Shown: positions 48,400 to 62,015 of the stretch, piece after piece
How the letters are laid out: the number at the start of each line of letters is the position of its first letter
Numbering within the stretch: the first letter of the stretch is position 1
Assembly: GCA_965113315.1 (NCBI GenBank)
Contig: OZ220368.1
DNA length: 64,000 nucleotides
Source of the DNA: Podarcis vaucheri
Lineage: Eukaryota
Direction: 5' to 3' (one strand)
Position numbers and translations under genes: made by a program
Notes under the pieces: model-generated
What the model saw: only the letters and a program-made list of their open reading frames with translations
What the model was told of the DNA's origin: nothing
Database searches by the model: none

Positions 48400-49810
48400 G
48401 CAGCAATGCGGCTCAAACCCCCTTAGGCGCAAAAACCACTGGATGACCTTGGCTCGGTCACCGTCTCTCTGCCTGCCCTACATCGCAAGGTGGTTGTTGG
48501 AACAGGGTTAAAAATGCGAGGAATGAAGAGGCGACCCTGAAGTCCTTGGGGTGAAGAAGGGCGGGCTAGAAAGGAAAGGAAAGGTCAGAGGGAACGATCT
48601 GCGAAGCCCGCCCCGCCCCAATAACTCTGCCCTAACTACCTTTGCTCTCACGGCTTTTCGCGGGGCTCACTTCGAAATAAGCACACGTAAGCCCAACGGC
48701 CACGAAGGAGATGCGTGCACACATATAGGACACTCGAATGCTTCCTTTTAACGTGATCACGAGAGGTGGCTCTCTGTGCGCGCCAGCCGAAGCAGCGCAG
48801 GGGAGGGGGCAGCGCCTCTCTCTCTCTTTTGCAACGCCAGAGCATTGTGGGCAGATTTTCCCCTGCAGCGAGCGAGGAGGCTCATAAACTCTGCAAAGAA
48901 GCCCCGCTTGCTTCTCCAGCACCTCGCCGGACTCCAGAGAGCGCTGTGCAGCCGGCCCAGGGAAGCGAGCTGCAGGAGCAGCAGCCGCCCCAACCCCGGC
49001 CGGCGCAGGAGGGCAAAGGAGCCCCGGGCGGACACCTCCTCGGCGCGGCCGGGGGGCTCACTCCGGCCAGCTGCAGTCCCAGCCACGGGGCCCAGGTAAA
49101 GGAAACTTGCCTCCTTCTTTGTGCGCCTTCGCTTCCGCGCCGGCAGAGCTCAAGGTCTGGGCTGCCGCTGCTGCTGCTGCCGCCTCCCCATTGCAAAGGA
49201 CCAATGGGACTTTAAAAAACATTTTGCTCCCGGGGCTCGATCGCCAAGAGACCGGGATCTTCCGATCTTAGAACAGGCTGGCCAGAAATAAGGATGGGAG
49301 AGAGAGAGAGAGCAAGAGGCGCAAAGGGGGTGTGGGTGCGGCGAAGAAATTTGGGGGAGAGTCGATGGTGGCGGGACTGAAGCTGCGCAGCGCGAGAACG
49401 CAGCTTCGAGTCGGTTTATCCGGAGAAATGCGAACTGAGACGCTATTATATTATTATTATTATTATTATAATAATTATCATCATCATCATCATGATGAAT
49501 GGTGATGATAAGGACTCTTTTTCCTTGGGCAGTTTGCTGCTTCCCAAAGTGCTCGCTTACTGGCATGGAGCGGCTGCCCCCTACAGGATCATGCTCAAAG
49601 GGAAGAAATGTAATCTGTCCCTGCCGTGTTGAAAACCAAGGACAGGAAAAGCCCGGCGCTTTAAGAGAAGCGCAGCTCAGCGCCACTGGTGGGTCCTCCT
49701 TGTCACTTGCTGAGTTCAGCAGATCTCCCGTTGTCGGTGCCTTTCTTTTTTACCTTGCTCAGCTCGTTTGTCTGCTGGTGCGATTCGGGTTCTCCTCCCG
49801 ATCGGTTTAA
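48400..49810 (+). promoter_or_regulatory. CpG-island promoter and probable non-coding first exon (donor CAG|GTAAAG at 49095/49096), likely KANK4 by synteny
   Basis: CpG-rich, GC boxes at 48607-48618, strong donor; KANK4 lies head-to-head with USP1 in human; no KANK4 coding sequence recognised. Confidence 0.55.
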
Positions 49811-52674
49811 ACAGAGTAGGGACTCAGACCTCAGATGCATGAAAGGAGAGAGATAGAAAGAGTGCTCCTGAGCAAGCACAGAGTGCTTTCTCCTCAGCAA
49901 GTCAACCCACCCATTTGACTTATGCGTCTTTAAAGTGTCTAGTTGTGGGGAGAGGCGCAGGTTCTGTTGTATTTAGAATACCAGTGATTTTGTGTTGGGA
50001 AGGCTCCAGAAGAGTATCTGATTTAAATAATTTCTAGAGTCGGGGCTACATCACATGTCCTAATTTTTGACATAGAATCATAGACATGTCAGAAACAACC
50101 TCACAATCCCCTTCCCTTGATGTAATTGCTGTTTTATCTGAATTGAAAGCACAGGTACTGTATTGTGTGATTGGATTCATTCGTGGATAGCAAACTCTTA
50201 CAACTATTGATGGTCAGACACGCCTTCTCAGTTCTTCCCTCCTGATAGCATCCTGGCATTTGTTTATGTTAACGTATAGGTTACCTGTTCCAGGGGCAGA
50301 GAGCAACTTACATACCTGATACAAAGAACAGACAGGTGCCAAGGGATTCACAATTCCCTTCCGGTTCTCTTTTTAACTCCTTTGTCCAAAACCAAGGGGT
50401 TTCTTTTCCCAGCCTAATGTATTCTGCAGATGTGCAGAGGGATGGCAAGTTTCCTCTTAGTATTACGGCTGTTTCGCGGAAGCCTGATTCCTCTTTTACT
50501 AATTTATTTATTGTTGAAACAAGAGATGTGCGCTCCTGCACTGGTGGGGCAAGGGAAGCACACGCTTCCTTTTAAAGAATGGAATACGGAAGGAAAACAA
50601 AAAAAAGATGTTCTTAAATAGCTAGCTATTGCTGCAGGAGAAGGAAAAGCTTCCTTGAGTTTCCAGATATTTTACCTTTTAAAGCAAGGGCGGCTAAACT
50701 CAGGCCTGAGGGCTGCATATGGTCTTGCAAGCCGCTCTGTCCAGCTTGAGGGCCTGTTTCGAGATAAAAGTAGATGGAACACTGGATGTGACTCTTATCT
50801 TTCTGCCATAGGCTGCATTCCAGCTATGTGAAATTCGTATTTCTATACTCACACCCGTATACACGTATCTCCCAAGCAATACGCATATACGCAGTTCAGG
50901 GACGCATCCCAGCCAGGCAAAAGCACTCAAAAGAGGGTTTATTGTAGGGCTGGTAAGCACCTGGCCTGTGGAGACTGTATGAGGCCTGACAGGAGACACG
51001 GCCTGGGAAGATTCCTGAGGGCCACAGCGATAGGTCTGGTGGGCCACATTGGCCTCTGGGCATGAGGTTCCCCACCCTTGATTTAGTGCTGTTGTTCCAA
51101 ACTGTCCAGGCTCCCACTAGTCAACCAGGACTTGGGACTCTTGGCTTGGTTACTACTAAGGGTGTTATTCCAAAGATGGCCGCGCTGCACAGTCCAAACA
51201 TAGGTCAGGTTACCAGCAGTGTTTTGAAACTCCCATTGTTCTAGGAGCATTTTGCGACAGGGAATTTCATTAATGCGAGCAGTTTCTGAGCTCTGGGCGC
51301 AGTACTGCGCTTAAGATTTCAGAATAAAACTGCAGAGTGGAAGGAAAGGAGGACCTTTTTCTGCCTCCCCGCTTCCAGCTACTCTCTGAAGACTGGACAA
51401 GAGACCCTCCTAAGAATATTAGTGGGGTGGGCAGGGGAAGGACTAGACCATGTGAAAAGTGAACATAATATTTTAGCTGCAGTTCATTTTCAGCTTTGTA
51501 TTCTTGTTATATAAAAAAAGTGTGCCTAGACATTCCGTTGTTGCGCCCATAACCCATGTTTAGGGTGCCATTTAGCTCCTAGCTTTCATAGCTCAGTTTC
51601 TAAAACTGATTACAAGGTGTGCAAATCAGCCGCTTAAATCAGAGTTCTAAGTTACAAAGATTGTCATAAATTACAAAGACACCATCCCATCTCTTGGCAT
51701 GCCTCCTGAGCTCTGCTTTTGGAGAGTGGGGTAGGCACAGCCATTTATGTGTTTTACATACTGAGGCATGGGATCAGGCCAGCAAGCGGGCACTTCTGTC
51801 AGAAGGCTGGGTCCATTTGCGCTGGTGCAACCAGTGATGCATTCTTGGAGATGGGAGCAGTTGACAGCTCACTATCCACTCTAGGCTCAGGGGCTTCCTT
51901 GGGGGTGGGAAGCACTTCACTGGCCGCAAGTGGAGCTGAGGCCTAGTTAGGCGGCTCTCCCTCAACGCTTGGGTGTGTGCTTTCTCTGAACAAGTGCCTC
52001 TTCACAATATGGGTCAGCACCTCCCAGACCACTGGGTCCCTCCACAGAATCAGGTTCCACTCTTCCATTCCTTCTCTGAAGTCAAGAAGTCTCCACAGGA
52101 CTCAAAACGGCTTCATAAAAATATAGTTGGCAAATAATCTGTAGTCCGAAACCTAAATGCATGCTTATGAATAGAGAGTACTCATCTCGCTGCCTTTCAT
52201 TGCTATATTGCAGCGTTTAGAAGTGGAATGACTGTACCATTCCCCCCTCCTTTCTCTTGTTTGTGAGAGAAGTAGTTTGGTTAGATTGCCTAGAGACTTG
52301 TTTGTACAAGTGAGCCCGGGTGGGTGTGAACAAACTGAGGAGAGCAGAACTGAAGCACACGAAGTCCGAATTGGGTCACTACATTCTGTAGAGTTCAGAG
52401 TTGAGAAATTCAGATTCCTACGAAAGGTTTACCTCCCACACTCTCGGGCCTATGAGAGCCTGTTCAGCCAAAATATTTAGGTGCGGTTATCTGCCAAATG
52501 AGGGAATAAACAATTTACTTCAAAGCATTGTGTAGGACCAACATAATTCTGGGGAATTAAGAAATTTCTCAGAATTAAGAGATTAAGAGTATGCTTACAA
52601 ATCAATATTTTTTTTCTTCTTCACTGCCTTGTTTTCATATTCTCCCTGGTACAGTGTTCCCCCTGATACAATTC

Positions 52675-52862
52675 TAGGAGCTCAAGGTGGCATACCTGGT
52701 TCTCCCCCTCTGCAATTAACTCCCCACAGCAACCCTGGGAAGTAGGTCAGCTGAGAGGCAATGACTGGCCCAAGGTCATCCAATGAGCTTCATGGCTGAG
52801 TGGGGATTTGAACCCTGGTCTCCCAGGTCCTTGTCCAACACTTTAACCACTACACCACACAG
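52675..52862 (-). mobile_element. tRNA-derived SINE (Squam3/MIR-like)
   Basis: Reverse strand GTGTGGTGTAGTGGTTAAAG..GGTTCAAATCCC A/B boxes; related fragments near 18950, 47680, 48410, 62020. Confidence 0.7.
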
Positions 52863-54320
52863 GCTTTGTCATGTGTCATATAACATTACTGTAAACACAT
52901 CAGAACGAATGTTCAGTGAGGACGGTCATTAGGAAGTGACCTTTGCTGATATTTGTTGCGGGCTGGGTTTTGTCTTTTAACCTTTATCTCTTGGTGATGT
53001 CTGTTTGACACCATTTTGGTTACAAGACAAGGAAATGTCGGCTGGTGAGTCAAATACCGATAAAGAATAAGCAAAGCGCAGCCTCCTTAAGTGGCAGTCT
53101 CCACTTGGCAGAGCAGGATATATTTGGCTCCCATCCCAAACCAATTGGGCCATTAATCATCATGAAACATGTAGGGCGAGCTAAAGACGAGGCACTTAAT
53201 TCTGGTCACAAATTAGTCTAAAACCTGTGTGATAGTACCGGCTCAAATGGAGGCACCTTAGCATTTAAATGCTGATTGCAGAAACAGGTGTTAGATTCTC
53301 AAAACCTATTCGCAGAGGTTATAAAAAATGCCCATGTTAAATCAAACACTCATTTCAGTTTTTAATAACTTCGCAGGCCTAGGCTGAACTATCTGTGGAG
53401 ACTTTTTTGGGTCACAAGCGACTCCTTAAAAAACAAGCACACACGGTTAAGGTTTGCAGGCCTGTTTCCCCACCCCCTCAACCTCCACTATTCCACATGA
53501 TGAATATGCCTTTCTGCTTTTGTCTTGTTCCACGATCACAATATGGAAATTATGAAGTCATACCCATCAAACCACTAATTTTCATAGAAAGCAGGAGCCA
53601 CTTCTGCAAAGGTGTGCACATACTGTACCTGAGGTTTATGGGGACAGACAGAGGATCATTCCAGACAAGTGTTCCCCAACTTGGTGCCCACTAGATATTT
53701 GGGACTCCAGTCCCCCTCAGCCCAAGCCAACAGCTAGGATGATGGAAGCTGTAGCTAGAAACATTGGGGGGTGGAGAGCCCAAGGTCACAGAAGGCTGTT
53801 CTACCTGTTGGTATTAACTTTGCTGGATTGCCATATGTAGGACATAGAACAATGTGCATGATGGACAGCAGAATCTAAGTATCAACCACACAAAGCAAGC
53901 TCATTGGAAACCACTCAATGTTGCATATTTATTATAGACTTTGTTCTCCAGTTGTCTGCATAACAGAACTTCTGCTGTGCCATCAATTCACAGTGTGAAC
54001 AAAATAGCATTTTTGTCTAGCTTTGTAAAAACATAATTCTCCCAGCATTTGGTGTGTTGGGAGGTGTTGACCTGCACTCAAGGCTACATATGACTAAAGG
54101 ATAAGCTAGTTTGGGAGAGGCAAGGTTGCCTTTGTCTGGCGTCCAAGTTCTTATCCCAGAGAAGTCAATGGGAGCTTTGTCGTTGACTTCAGTGGGTTAA
54201 TGATTTACTCTTTAGAAAATGCCTTGCTTTTTCTCTTTGCCAGAACCTGTTAAAGGATGCAACATAATGAAATATAGAAATGATTCTGCAAACTATATCC
54301 TAATGGGAGATAGGTCAGGG

Positions 54321-54368
54321 GTTGGTTGGTTTGGTTTGGTTTGGTTTGGTTTGGTTTGTTTGTTTGTT
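54321..54368. repeat. (GTTTG)n/(GTTT)n simple repeat
   Basis: Seen directly. Confidence 0.85.
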
Positions 54369-55956
54369 TCTACAAAGCATTTAGCCACACTTCCCCCTCA
54401 GAATTTTGGAGAGGGGCATTATATGCCTGAGAATCTGCTCAGAAGACATTCAATCAAAGCAGCCCTACGTATAAGGAGAAAATGGCATTTTAAGTCAGAA
54501 ATGGATGGCTGTGTATAGTCATTACTGCCACCTTGTTAAATGGCTATTTAACTGCCTGTGGACTCAGTGGAGGTTTTGCCAATTATTTTGAAAGTAATTG
54601 AGTTCACATTAAATTATTCCAAGTTAATTACACAGCAGCCAGCTTTGTTTATCCAAGTCTCATAAGGTCCATAGACAAACAACAACAATGATTTAGAAAT
54701 TTACGGAGTGCCCTGTGATAAATATAGCTTACCACCAGGGGCTGATTTTTTAAAATCTCTGGCTTGTCATGTTTAATAGTGTAGTCACTAGTTGCAACTG
54801 AGGAGTCTCATCGTGCAGGTTGCACATGCTGCAAATGTGTGGGTTGACTAGGAGTGTGGAAGTAAGCACACAGGCAGTAGCCGATCACAGCAACACCAGT
54901 TCCATTCCTTGGAAATCTCTTCCATTGTTTGCTTCCCAGTGCTTCTCACTATCAGTGTCCCATCTGGCACTGGCTGTGACAGATGTTTCATGACTAATTT
55001 CCAAACAGTTCAGTACTCAAAACGGTACACACGGCAAAGGATTTGCCTTCTCATAGCCATGTGAAAGCATCTTGCAGGAGCTGCCTGATAACTGTAAGGA
55101 GGTTTCTTTCTAAACCTTTACTTCTCTAGTATACCAGTAGGGGCCATAGGAGGCAGGTTTCTCAAGTCACCTTTGCTCTAGAGTCCAGCTCAGCTGTTGC
55201 ACTGAGTCCAAGGAACTTCAGAACAGTATTAGTCAAGGAGAGTGAGCCTTCTAACACAGAACTTTGTATGGAATAATTGCTCACAGATTATCTGATTTAT
55301 TTAATTTTGTTTAATCTCCTTATAATGACAGAAACTAAAGGGCATCTTTGCCCAAGGAAATTTATTTCATGGGTTAATAAAGCACGAAGTCCATGCAGTG
55401 CATGGAGTCTCCTGGGGGAGTCTCAAATTCAGGAACCCTTCTATGCCTCCAAGAGTTTTGTTAGTCTAGAGTTTAACTGGAACATTAGAGGTGGTGTATT
55501 TAACCTTATGTGGCAAAAGAAAGGAATAATTTGTGGTGCATGCTCTGTATAAAAATACTCTCAAGTTGAAACACTGGTGAAATTATGATGGGCAGAAGCT
55601 TTAACTAATGTGCCTAAAGTCTCTGAAAAGCTGTGTTTGTTTTGCAATATCATATGAGTGGTATTCAAACTAACTTTTATACAGAGTAGACCTATTAAAA
55701 TTAATGCCCCTAGCTTAGTCATGCGCCTTTAATTTCAGTGGGTCTGCTGTGAGTAAACCCTAGCTGAATAACACCCTATGTGTTTTCATATTTATGAAGC
55801 TAATCAAAATTATTATGTGAACCACCCCGTGATCTTATGATGAAGTGTGGTATATACATCTAGTAGATAAATAAATAACCCCCTCCCAACCCCAACCCCA
55901 CCAATGTCCCATTGAACAGATGAGTTTTAATTTTGGATAAGTATACATAAGATTAC

Positions 55957-56315
55957 GGGACGCGGGTGGCGCTGTGGGTAAAACCTCAGTGCCTAGGACT
56001 TGCATGGTCGGCGGTTCAAATCCCCGTGGCGGGGTGAGCTCCCGTCTTTCAGTCCCAGCTCCTGCCCACCTAGCAGTTCGAAAGCACCCCTAAGTGCGAG
56101 TAGATAAATAGGTACCGCTTTCTAGCGAGAAGGTAAACGCCGTTTCTGTGTGCTGCGCTGGTGCCGGCTCGCCAGAGGAGCTTCGTCACGCTGGCCACGT
56201 GACCCGGAAGTGTCTCCGGACAGCGCTGGCCCCCGGCCTCTTAAGTGAGATGGGCGCACAACCCTAGAGTCAGACACGACTGGCCTGTACGGGCAGGGGT
56301 ACCTTTACCTTTACC
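55957..56315 (+). mobile_element. Sauria SINE
   Basis: Head, ACCTTT tail, 15-bp TSD TATACATAAGATTAC. Confidence 0.92.
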
Positions 56316-57249
56316 TATACATAAGATTACTCAGTAAATCTATAAATAAGTTTTTAAAAACCAAATCCATCTCTCATGTTAGCTTATTGTAGGGGTGGGG
56401 AACTCTAGGCCTGGGGGCCAAATCCAGCCCTCCTGACTCTGCCCAGGCCGTCCCTCTGCCCCAGGCCATATCCCTCACTGCTCCCAATACATGCCCTTAA
56501 TTGTGGGGTTGTTGTTTTTCCCCCCCAGGCTTGAATATATCTTACCTGTAATAATGCCACAGGCACTGACCACACCTACCACTAGGATATGCCCCTCAGA
56601 AGATTGCCCATCGGGGAATACAGACCTGGAGCTGGAAAAGTTCCTTATCCCTAGCTTAAAGGGACAAATAAAGCTTTCATTACGCTGATTGCAAATTTTC
56701 AACTCGAGAGAGACAGATAAACTCCGGTGGAGAAAATGCCAAGCAACAGCTCATATCTCTTAGAAAATACTTTCTTTTGATGGGAGACAAGATAGTAGCT
56801 ATCACAGCATTCAAAATCAGAAGTCGTTTAAAGAGAAAAAGAAAAAGATGATCTCTTTGCAAATTTCAGTTGCGGGCTGACTGACCTCTGCATTGTTTGT
56901 ACACTTCTTCACCTCTCAGGATTTAATTAAAACTTTCCTACATGGATAAGAAGTTTAAGAAAAAGGACCAGCACTGTGAAGTTGAATCCAAGTGCTCCAG
57001 AGGAGGTGGTTCTGCACCAAAGGATTTGCTTCATATTCCTGAATACCTGATACTGCCTTTAGAAAACAGCTCTTATATTATGAGTGATCCTCCCAGCAAT
57101 GTCATGGTTCCACTTGACTGAAACAGAGATCTGATTTTAAAAGCAAAGTATGTGCAAAGTTCTGTCAAAACACCTGAGAGGTTTGAGTTTATCATTACAG
57201 CTGGTAGATATATGCCTTTTTACAGTCAGATCCTGGCAGGCACAGGATT

Positions 57250-57251
<2 letters not shown>

Positions 57252-57280
<29 letters not shown>
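57252..57280. repeat. (GT)n microsatellite
   Basis: Seen directly. Confidence 0.9.
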
Positions 57281-57282
<2 letters not shown>

Positions 57283-60200
57283 GTGTGTAAAGGCTTCCAA
57301 CTGTTAAGAAGATGAGATATCCCGTCACTCCAGTGCTGACAGCCTTCCTCTTTGAAAGGATTGCAACAGCTGTCACTCAGTCAAGCAGTTTTGCACGGCA
57401 GAGATGAGAGACTGTTATGTGTGTTTTGTCATTGGTCTTATACTTGTAAGCTGCTTACAAACCACCATGGCAATGAAGCAGTATATAAATAAAAAGCCCC
57501 AGCCTCCAGTTCTGTATACTAAAGGCTTTGGAAAACCTTTCTCTGCCTGGCACCAGAACAGTATTTGACCAGTAAAATACTGTTGTATGGAAGGGGGTGG
57601 ACAGGACTTGAAATGTGGGATTCTAAAATGGCAGATGGTGCAGAGTGGCCTAGCTCTCTCCCACATGCTTGGGAGGAAATGATGCTTCACTACAGGTCTT
57701 GGTTTGAACAACAGCTGCTCAAATGAGAGAGGATGGTTGGGCTAACTGACAACATATGGTTTCTGGATGCAGTGGGATATCTAGGTCTTGTAATGTGTTA
57801 TTTACTGAGAATGTTGGCCTAGGTTCTCAAGCCTGATGGGTGAGTGTGAGTGGCTTTAATTTCCCAGACTTTTGTTCCCAGACTTCATGCAAACCCAGGA
57901 TTGTGATGCGGCACTACAGATCATCCAATGGAGACTTCATGATGACATTCTTACATTTTTGTTATACAGAGAGAAAATATTTTCATTTAAATGTTTTAAA
58001 TCTTTTATTTTGTTATGTTTCTGCACATATTATTGGATAGCACATAAAAGGGTGATTAATCAAATGCCAATGCAGAATTTCAGCCTGTGCTGCTCCTCCA
58101 CCATTCAGCCAATGGAAACATGAAAGCATCTCACAAAGCTGTCTCCCCATGTAGTGTACAGCAGCGTCTCTGGGAAAAAGTACTTGCTATTTCCACAGGG
58201 CATGGGAAATTACTATCTGAATGCTGTGCTGTCATTCCTCCCCCTCGAAATTCTAGGTGCATGTACACATTACAGCGAATAGTCTGGTATTCTGTGAATT
58301 TTCTATAGCTGTGAATATGCAGCATCTGTAGAAGTAAACTAGTTATTGTTGGCCAGTGCAGTCAGTTGAACCTAATAATCCTTTAAGGTACTGGAACCAA
58401 AAAGCATTCAGTTTTCTATCCAGGCCCATATGTGAATCATATAACGGTATATTCTAATAGTCAACCCTTTGCTGTATAATAAGTAGTTTAGTTGAGCAAA
58501 ATATAGCATGATGAGAATAAGGGAGGGAATCATTAATTTCCCCCCAAATGTTAAGGTCAATAAATGTTCAGGCAGGCAGAAGTAACACAATGTCATGTAG
58601 TTCAAGCTTTTAATTGTAGCCACTGAAGTCAATGTGCATGGCTAGAGGCAGCAATTTTAGATTTCTGTAAAGCCTAAACTAGCTCTCAACACTTTGCTTC
58701 TTTGCATGAAATCCCATCTTTAGTCTTAGTGTGTGCATTTTTCATGCATCCTGTATCATTTGAGTCCTTTACTGCATAACTAATTCTTCTCCCTGTTCTT
58801 CACTTGACAGATTGAAAACTCATTATGTACACATCTATATATCCAAACAGATTTCAAAAGTATGTACTGCATATATTCCCCCAGAGTCTGCATTTACATT
58901 TGATAGGTGGCTTTTGCTGACAATTCTGCTTCGCTGCTCTGTGTTCATCTGGACCACCTACCTAGACCTCTCTTTGGAGAGCCTTTAAACAGGAGATGCT
59001 AGATCACACATGGATAGCTGGCAAAGGAGGATGAGGGCGTAAATGCTATTTCATGACAGAAGGCATGGTTAGCATAAAGGAGACCATGGGGTCCTTCCAC
59101 TGCCAGTACACTAGTTGATGCCCACAAGGAAGGAGTTCTTAATTAGCTCCTGTTGAGATGCCGCAGTCCTGCTCCTGAAGGGAATTTGTTGATTCAGCAT
59201 CTTAATCCTCCATGGGATGGGTGTACCTGACCAGCCTAAAGCTCAGTCGGCCATTTAGGTCAGGTTAGGATTGCTGAGTTTAGTTTTAAACGTCCAAGTG
59301 TTTTGGCAGCTGGCTTTCTATTTGTTTGTGTGGGTTTGGTTTTTTTTACTTAAGTAATTCATCTCGCAAAATAGACAATGATCAATCTGCAAATGTGCAC
59401 TCACACTTGGTGCTGTGTGTGTATCTCCTTGCAGAATTCACAGTAGGGAAAGAAGATCAAGGAATCGTGGATGGACTAGGCGAGAGGTCAGATTAAAGTG
59501 GGTAAGGGCTGAGGTAGCTGTGTTTCCAGGCGCCTAAGATTTCTTTCTAGAGCCTGTCCAGCTATAACATTCCTCTTGTAGGATCCCTGAACCTCAGCTC
59601 CTGTAGCCAGATGGACTACATTAAGCCAACAGTACATTTCAATACATCTAGAATTTCAATCCAAAATGACAATATGCCTTGAGAGAGCCATTCCCCTTGT
59701 TGCTTTCGTTTGTACTACTACAAAGCAATTTTGAGGGCTCAAAGGAGGAGGTGCTTAATCCTCCTCTTCCTGCCCCCATGACCTTTTCGTGATCCAAAAG
59801 AGGTGTACTTTTAAAATAAGTAGGACATGACTGGATAACCAAATCGGAACGTTGTGGGTTCAGTTTCACCTCGAAAGCCTTTTGACAGAACTCTGGCACA
59901 CCTCCTGTTGCAATATTCTCTCAGGTCACAATCGAAGCATTATCTAGACCTTGGCGAGTTTTATTAGCTATTATGAAATCTTTCCCCTTCTAATGAGATC
60001 TCCCCCACCGACCCCAACAATAAGCCTCAAAAACTGGCAGCTGACTTGAGTGTGCTTTGCAGCTTGGAAGCGGTGTGGTGACACTTTGACGTTGTTTGTC
60101 CAGTTTCCTCACACAAAGCTCCGTTGCCAATAGTCAGGTCTTTCGTCCAACTTGGGTCTCAGATAAGGCATGTTCATGTTTTCCTTGATTTTGTTAATCT

Positions 60201-60968
60201 GGCCTGTTTTGTGGTTTGGCAGAGCCCACTCTTGCTCAGGGGCAGCAGTGTGGCACAGTACCCCTTTCTCCCTACTACCTCTCACTGCTGTAAGCGACAG
60301 CTGCCATCACTGGCAGAGTTAATGGGGACCCTGCCCCACCAACCTCAGCCAACTCTCCACCCCACCTGCCTGCCTGCCTCCTTGCTTACAACTAGTCAAG
60401 AGGTGGCTAGTGAACAACTAGTCAGCAGGGTTTTAAGTGGGTCTCCTTAAACCACAGGATCACTCTGGAAAGGGCTTTCCTCCCACTTCTGCCTGCTCTT
60501 ACAGATGCTACTCATTGAACTGCAGCTGAGGTATAAAATCAATCTTGCTGAATGCTCAGTAATGACAACAGATGCATTGCTGATTTTTCTGGTCCTTCTG
60601 CACAGATTCAATGTCTTCACTGGTTCTCTGTAGACTGATGGTATAACAAGGAAGATATGAAGCCTCAGCCAAAATATGGGACACTGCTGTTATTATTTAG
60701 CATCTCTACTAGGTATGGTGCCTTCCAGGTACTGTTATAGACTGCAGCTTCCCCCAGCCCAGCACTTGGCCATGCTGGCTGGGGCTGTTGAAAGCTGAAA
60801 CCAGCAACGTATAGGGGTCAGTGCATTGAATAAACTCTTGGGCTCCCAATTCACTTCTACGCAAACAACCATCTTTGCTGTGGCATCCGTTAACACTCAG
60901 AATCACCCATGGTGTTGTAGCATAAGACAATCAAAGCTGTTTCACTTTGCTTTCCATTCACACTATTT

Positions 60969-61439
60969 AAAAAAACAACCCCCAAAAGTGTAGTCAGTGT
61001 GACTTTAAAATGCAAATGTGGTTGTTACTTTTATTTAGTAGCATGAACAAACTTGATTTTGTTTGTTTGGCATCAGGGAGTTTGGCAGTTGGGTATGTGA
61101 GAAGCAGAGTTTGGGGGTGATCATGAGAGAGATAGAGAGATACTGTGATTGTATTTGTGTGTTGGAGATCAGAGCCCATCTCTGCCATTGGACTTGGGTT
61201 CTGGGACAAGTTATTTTAGCTTCACCACTTTACCTCCTGTGAAATGGGTTTCTGTTGCTTTGAAGGGATGGTTTTGCATGTTCCTTTCTGCCTTGTGCTC
61301 AGGTTCTGGCACAAGTTGTCTTTTGCCATCACAAGTTTGCTTCCTGTGAAATGGTTTTCTGAACAAAAAAAACAACCCCCAAAAGTGTAGTCAGTGTGAC
61401 TTTAAAATGCAAATGTGGTTGTTACTTTTATTTAGTAGC
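60969..61439. repeat. 74-bp exact direct repeat (60969-61042 / 61366-61439)
   Basis: AAAAAAACAACCCCCAAAAGTG...TTTAGTAGC twice, 397 bp apart. Confidence 0.9.
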
Positions 61440-62015
61440 TCTTCCGCGCAGACCCCGCGCAGCCTGCCTGCGCCCCCGCGGAGATCGGGCGGCAGGATGG
61501 AGCCCGGGGATCCCCGCGGAGGCGGAGCGGCGGAGGCGGAGGCTGCCCCCCAGGTAGGGCTGCGTCGGGGGTTTTTTATTTTTGCAATGCTGCATCCGCG
61601 CCGGAGGGGACGCATCGGACCACGGGGAGACCCCTTGGCGTGCGTGCAAGGCAATGCATGTGTGCAGGCGTTGCATGGAATGCAGTGCAATGCAATGGCA
61701 ACGCGGCGCTCTGCATGCATGCATGCAACTTCCACCGGCGCTCCGGACTTGGCAGGTGAGGGGGGTCCCCAGTGGGCGGCAGAGAGAGCCAGGAGGGCGA
61801 AGGGGAGCCGGGGGGAGCAGCGCTGCTCCCCGAGCCGAGCCCGGGGGGAAACTTCGGCGTCGTTGCGCCGGGTGTTGGAAGCGGAGGCTGGCGGGGGCCC
61901 CTCACCTGCAAAACCTGGTCGCCTCTCATATATTTCGTGCATTGCATTCATCGCCCGCTTTCTCCTCCAAGGAGCTCCCGGGGGCGCGCGTGGTTCTCCC
62001 CGTGTTATCGTCGCA
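61440..62015 (+). promoter_or_regulatory. Abrupt CpG island with candidate first coding exon (ATG 61497 to donor 61553, MEPGDPRGGGAAEAEAAPQ)
   Basis: Strong Kozak AGGATGG, CAG|GTAGGG donor, very high GC/CpG. Confidence 0.4.

Noticed and set aside
56920-57005. Possible KANK4 first coding exon (MDKKFKKKDQHC...), and another exon-like segment at 59437-59501
   Set aside because: Weak donor or immediate stop, and no recognisable KANK4 similarity
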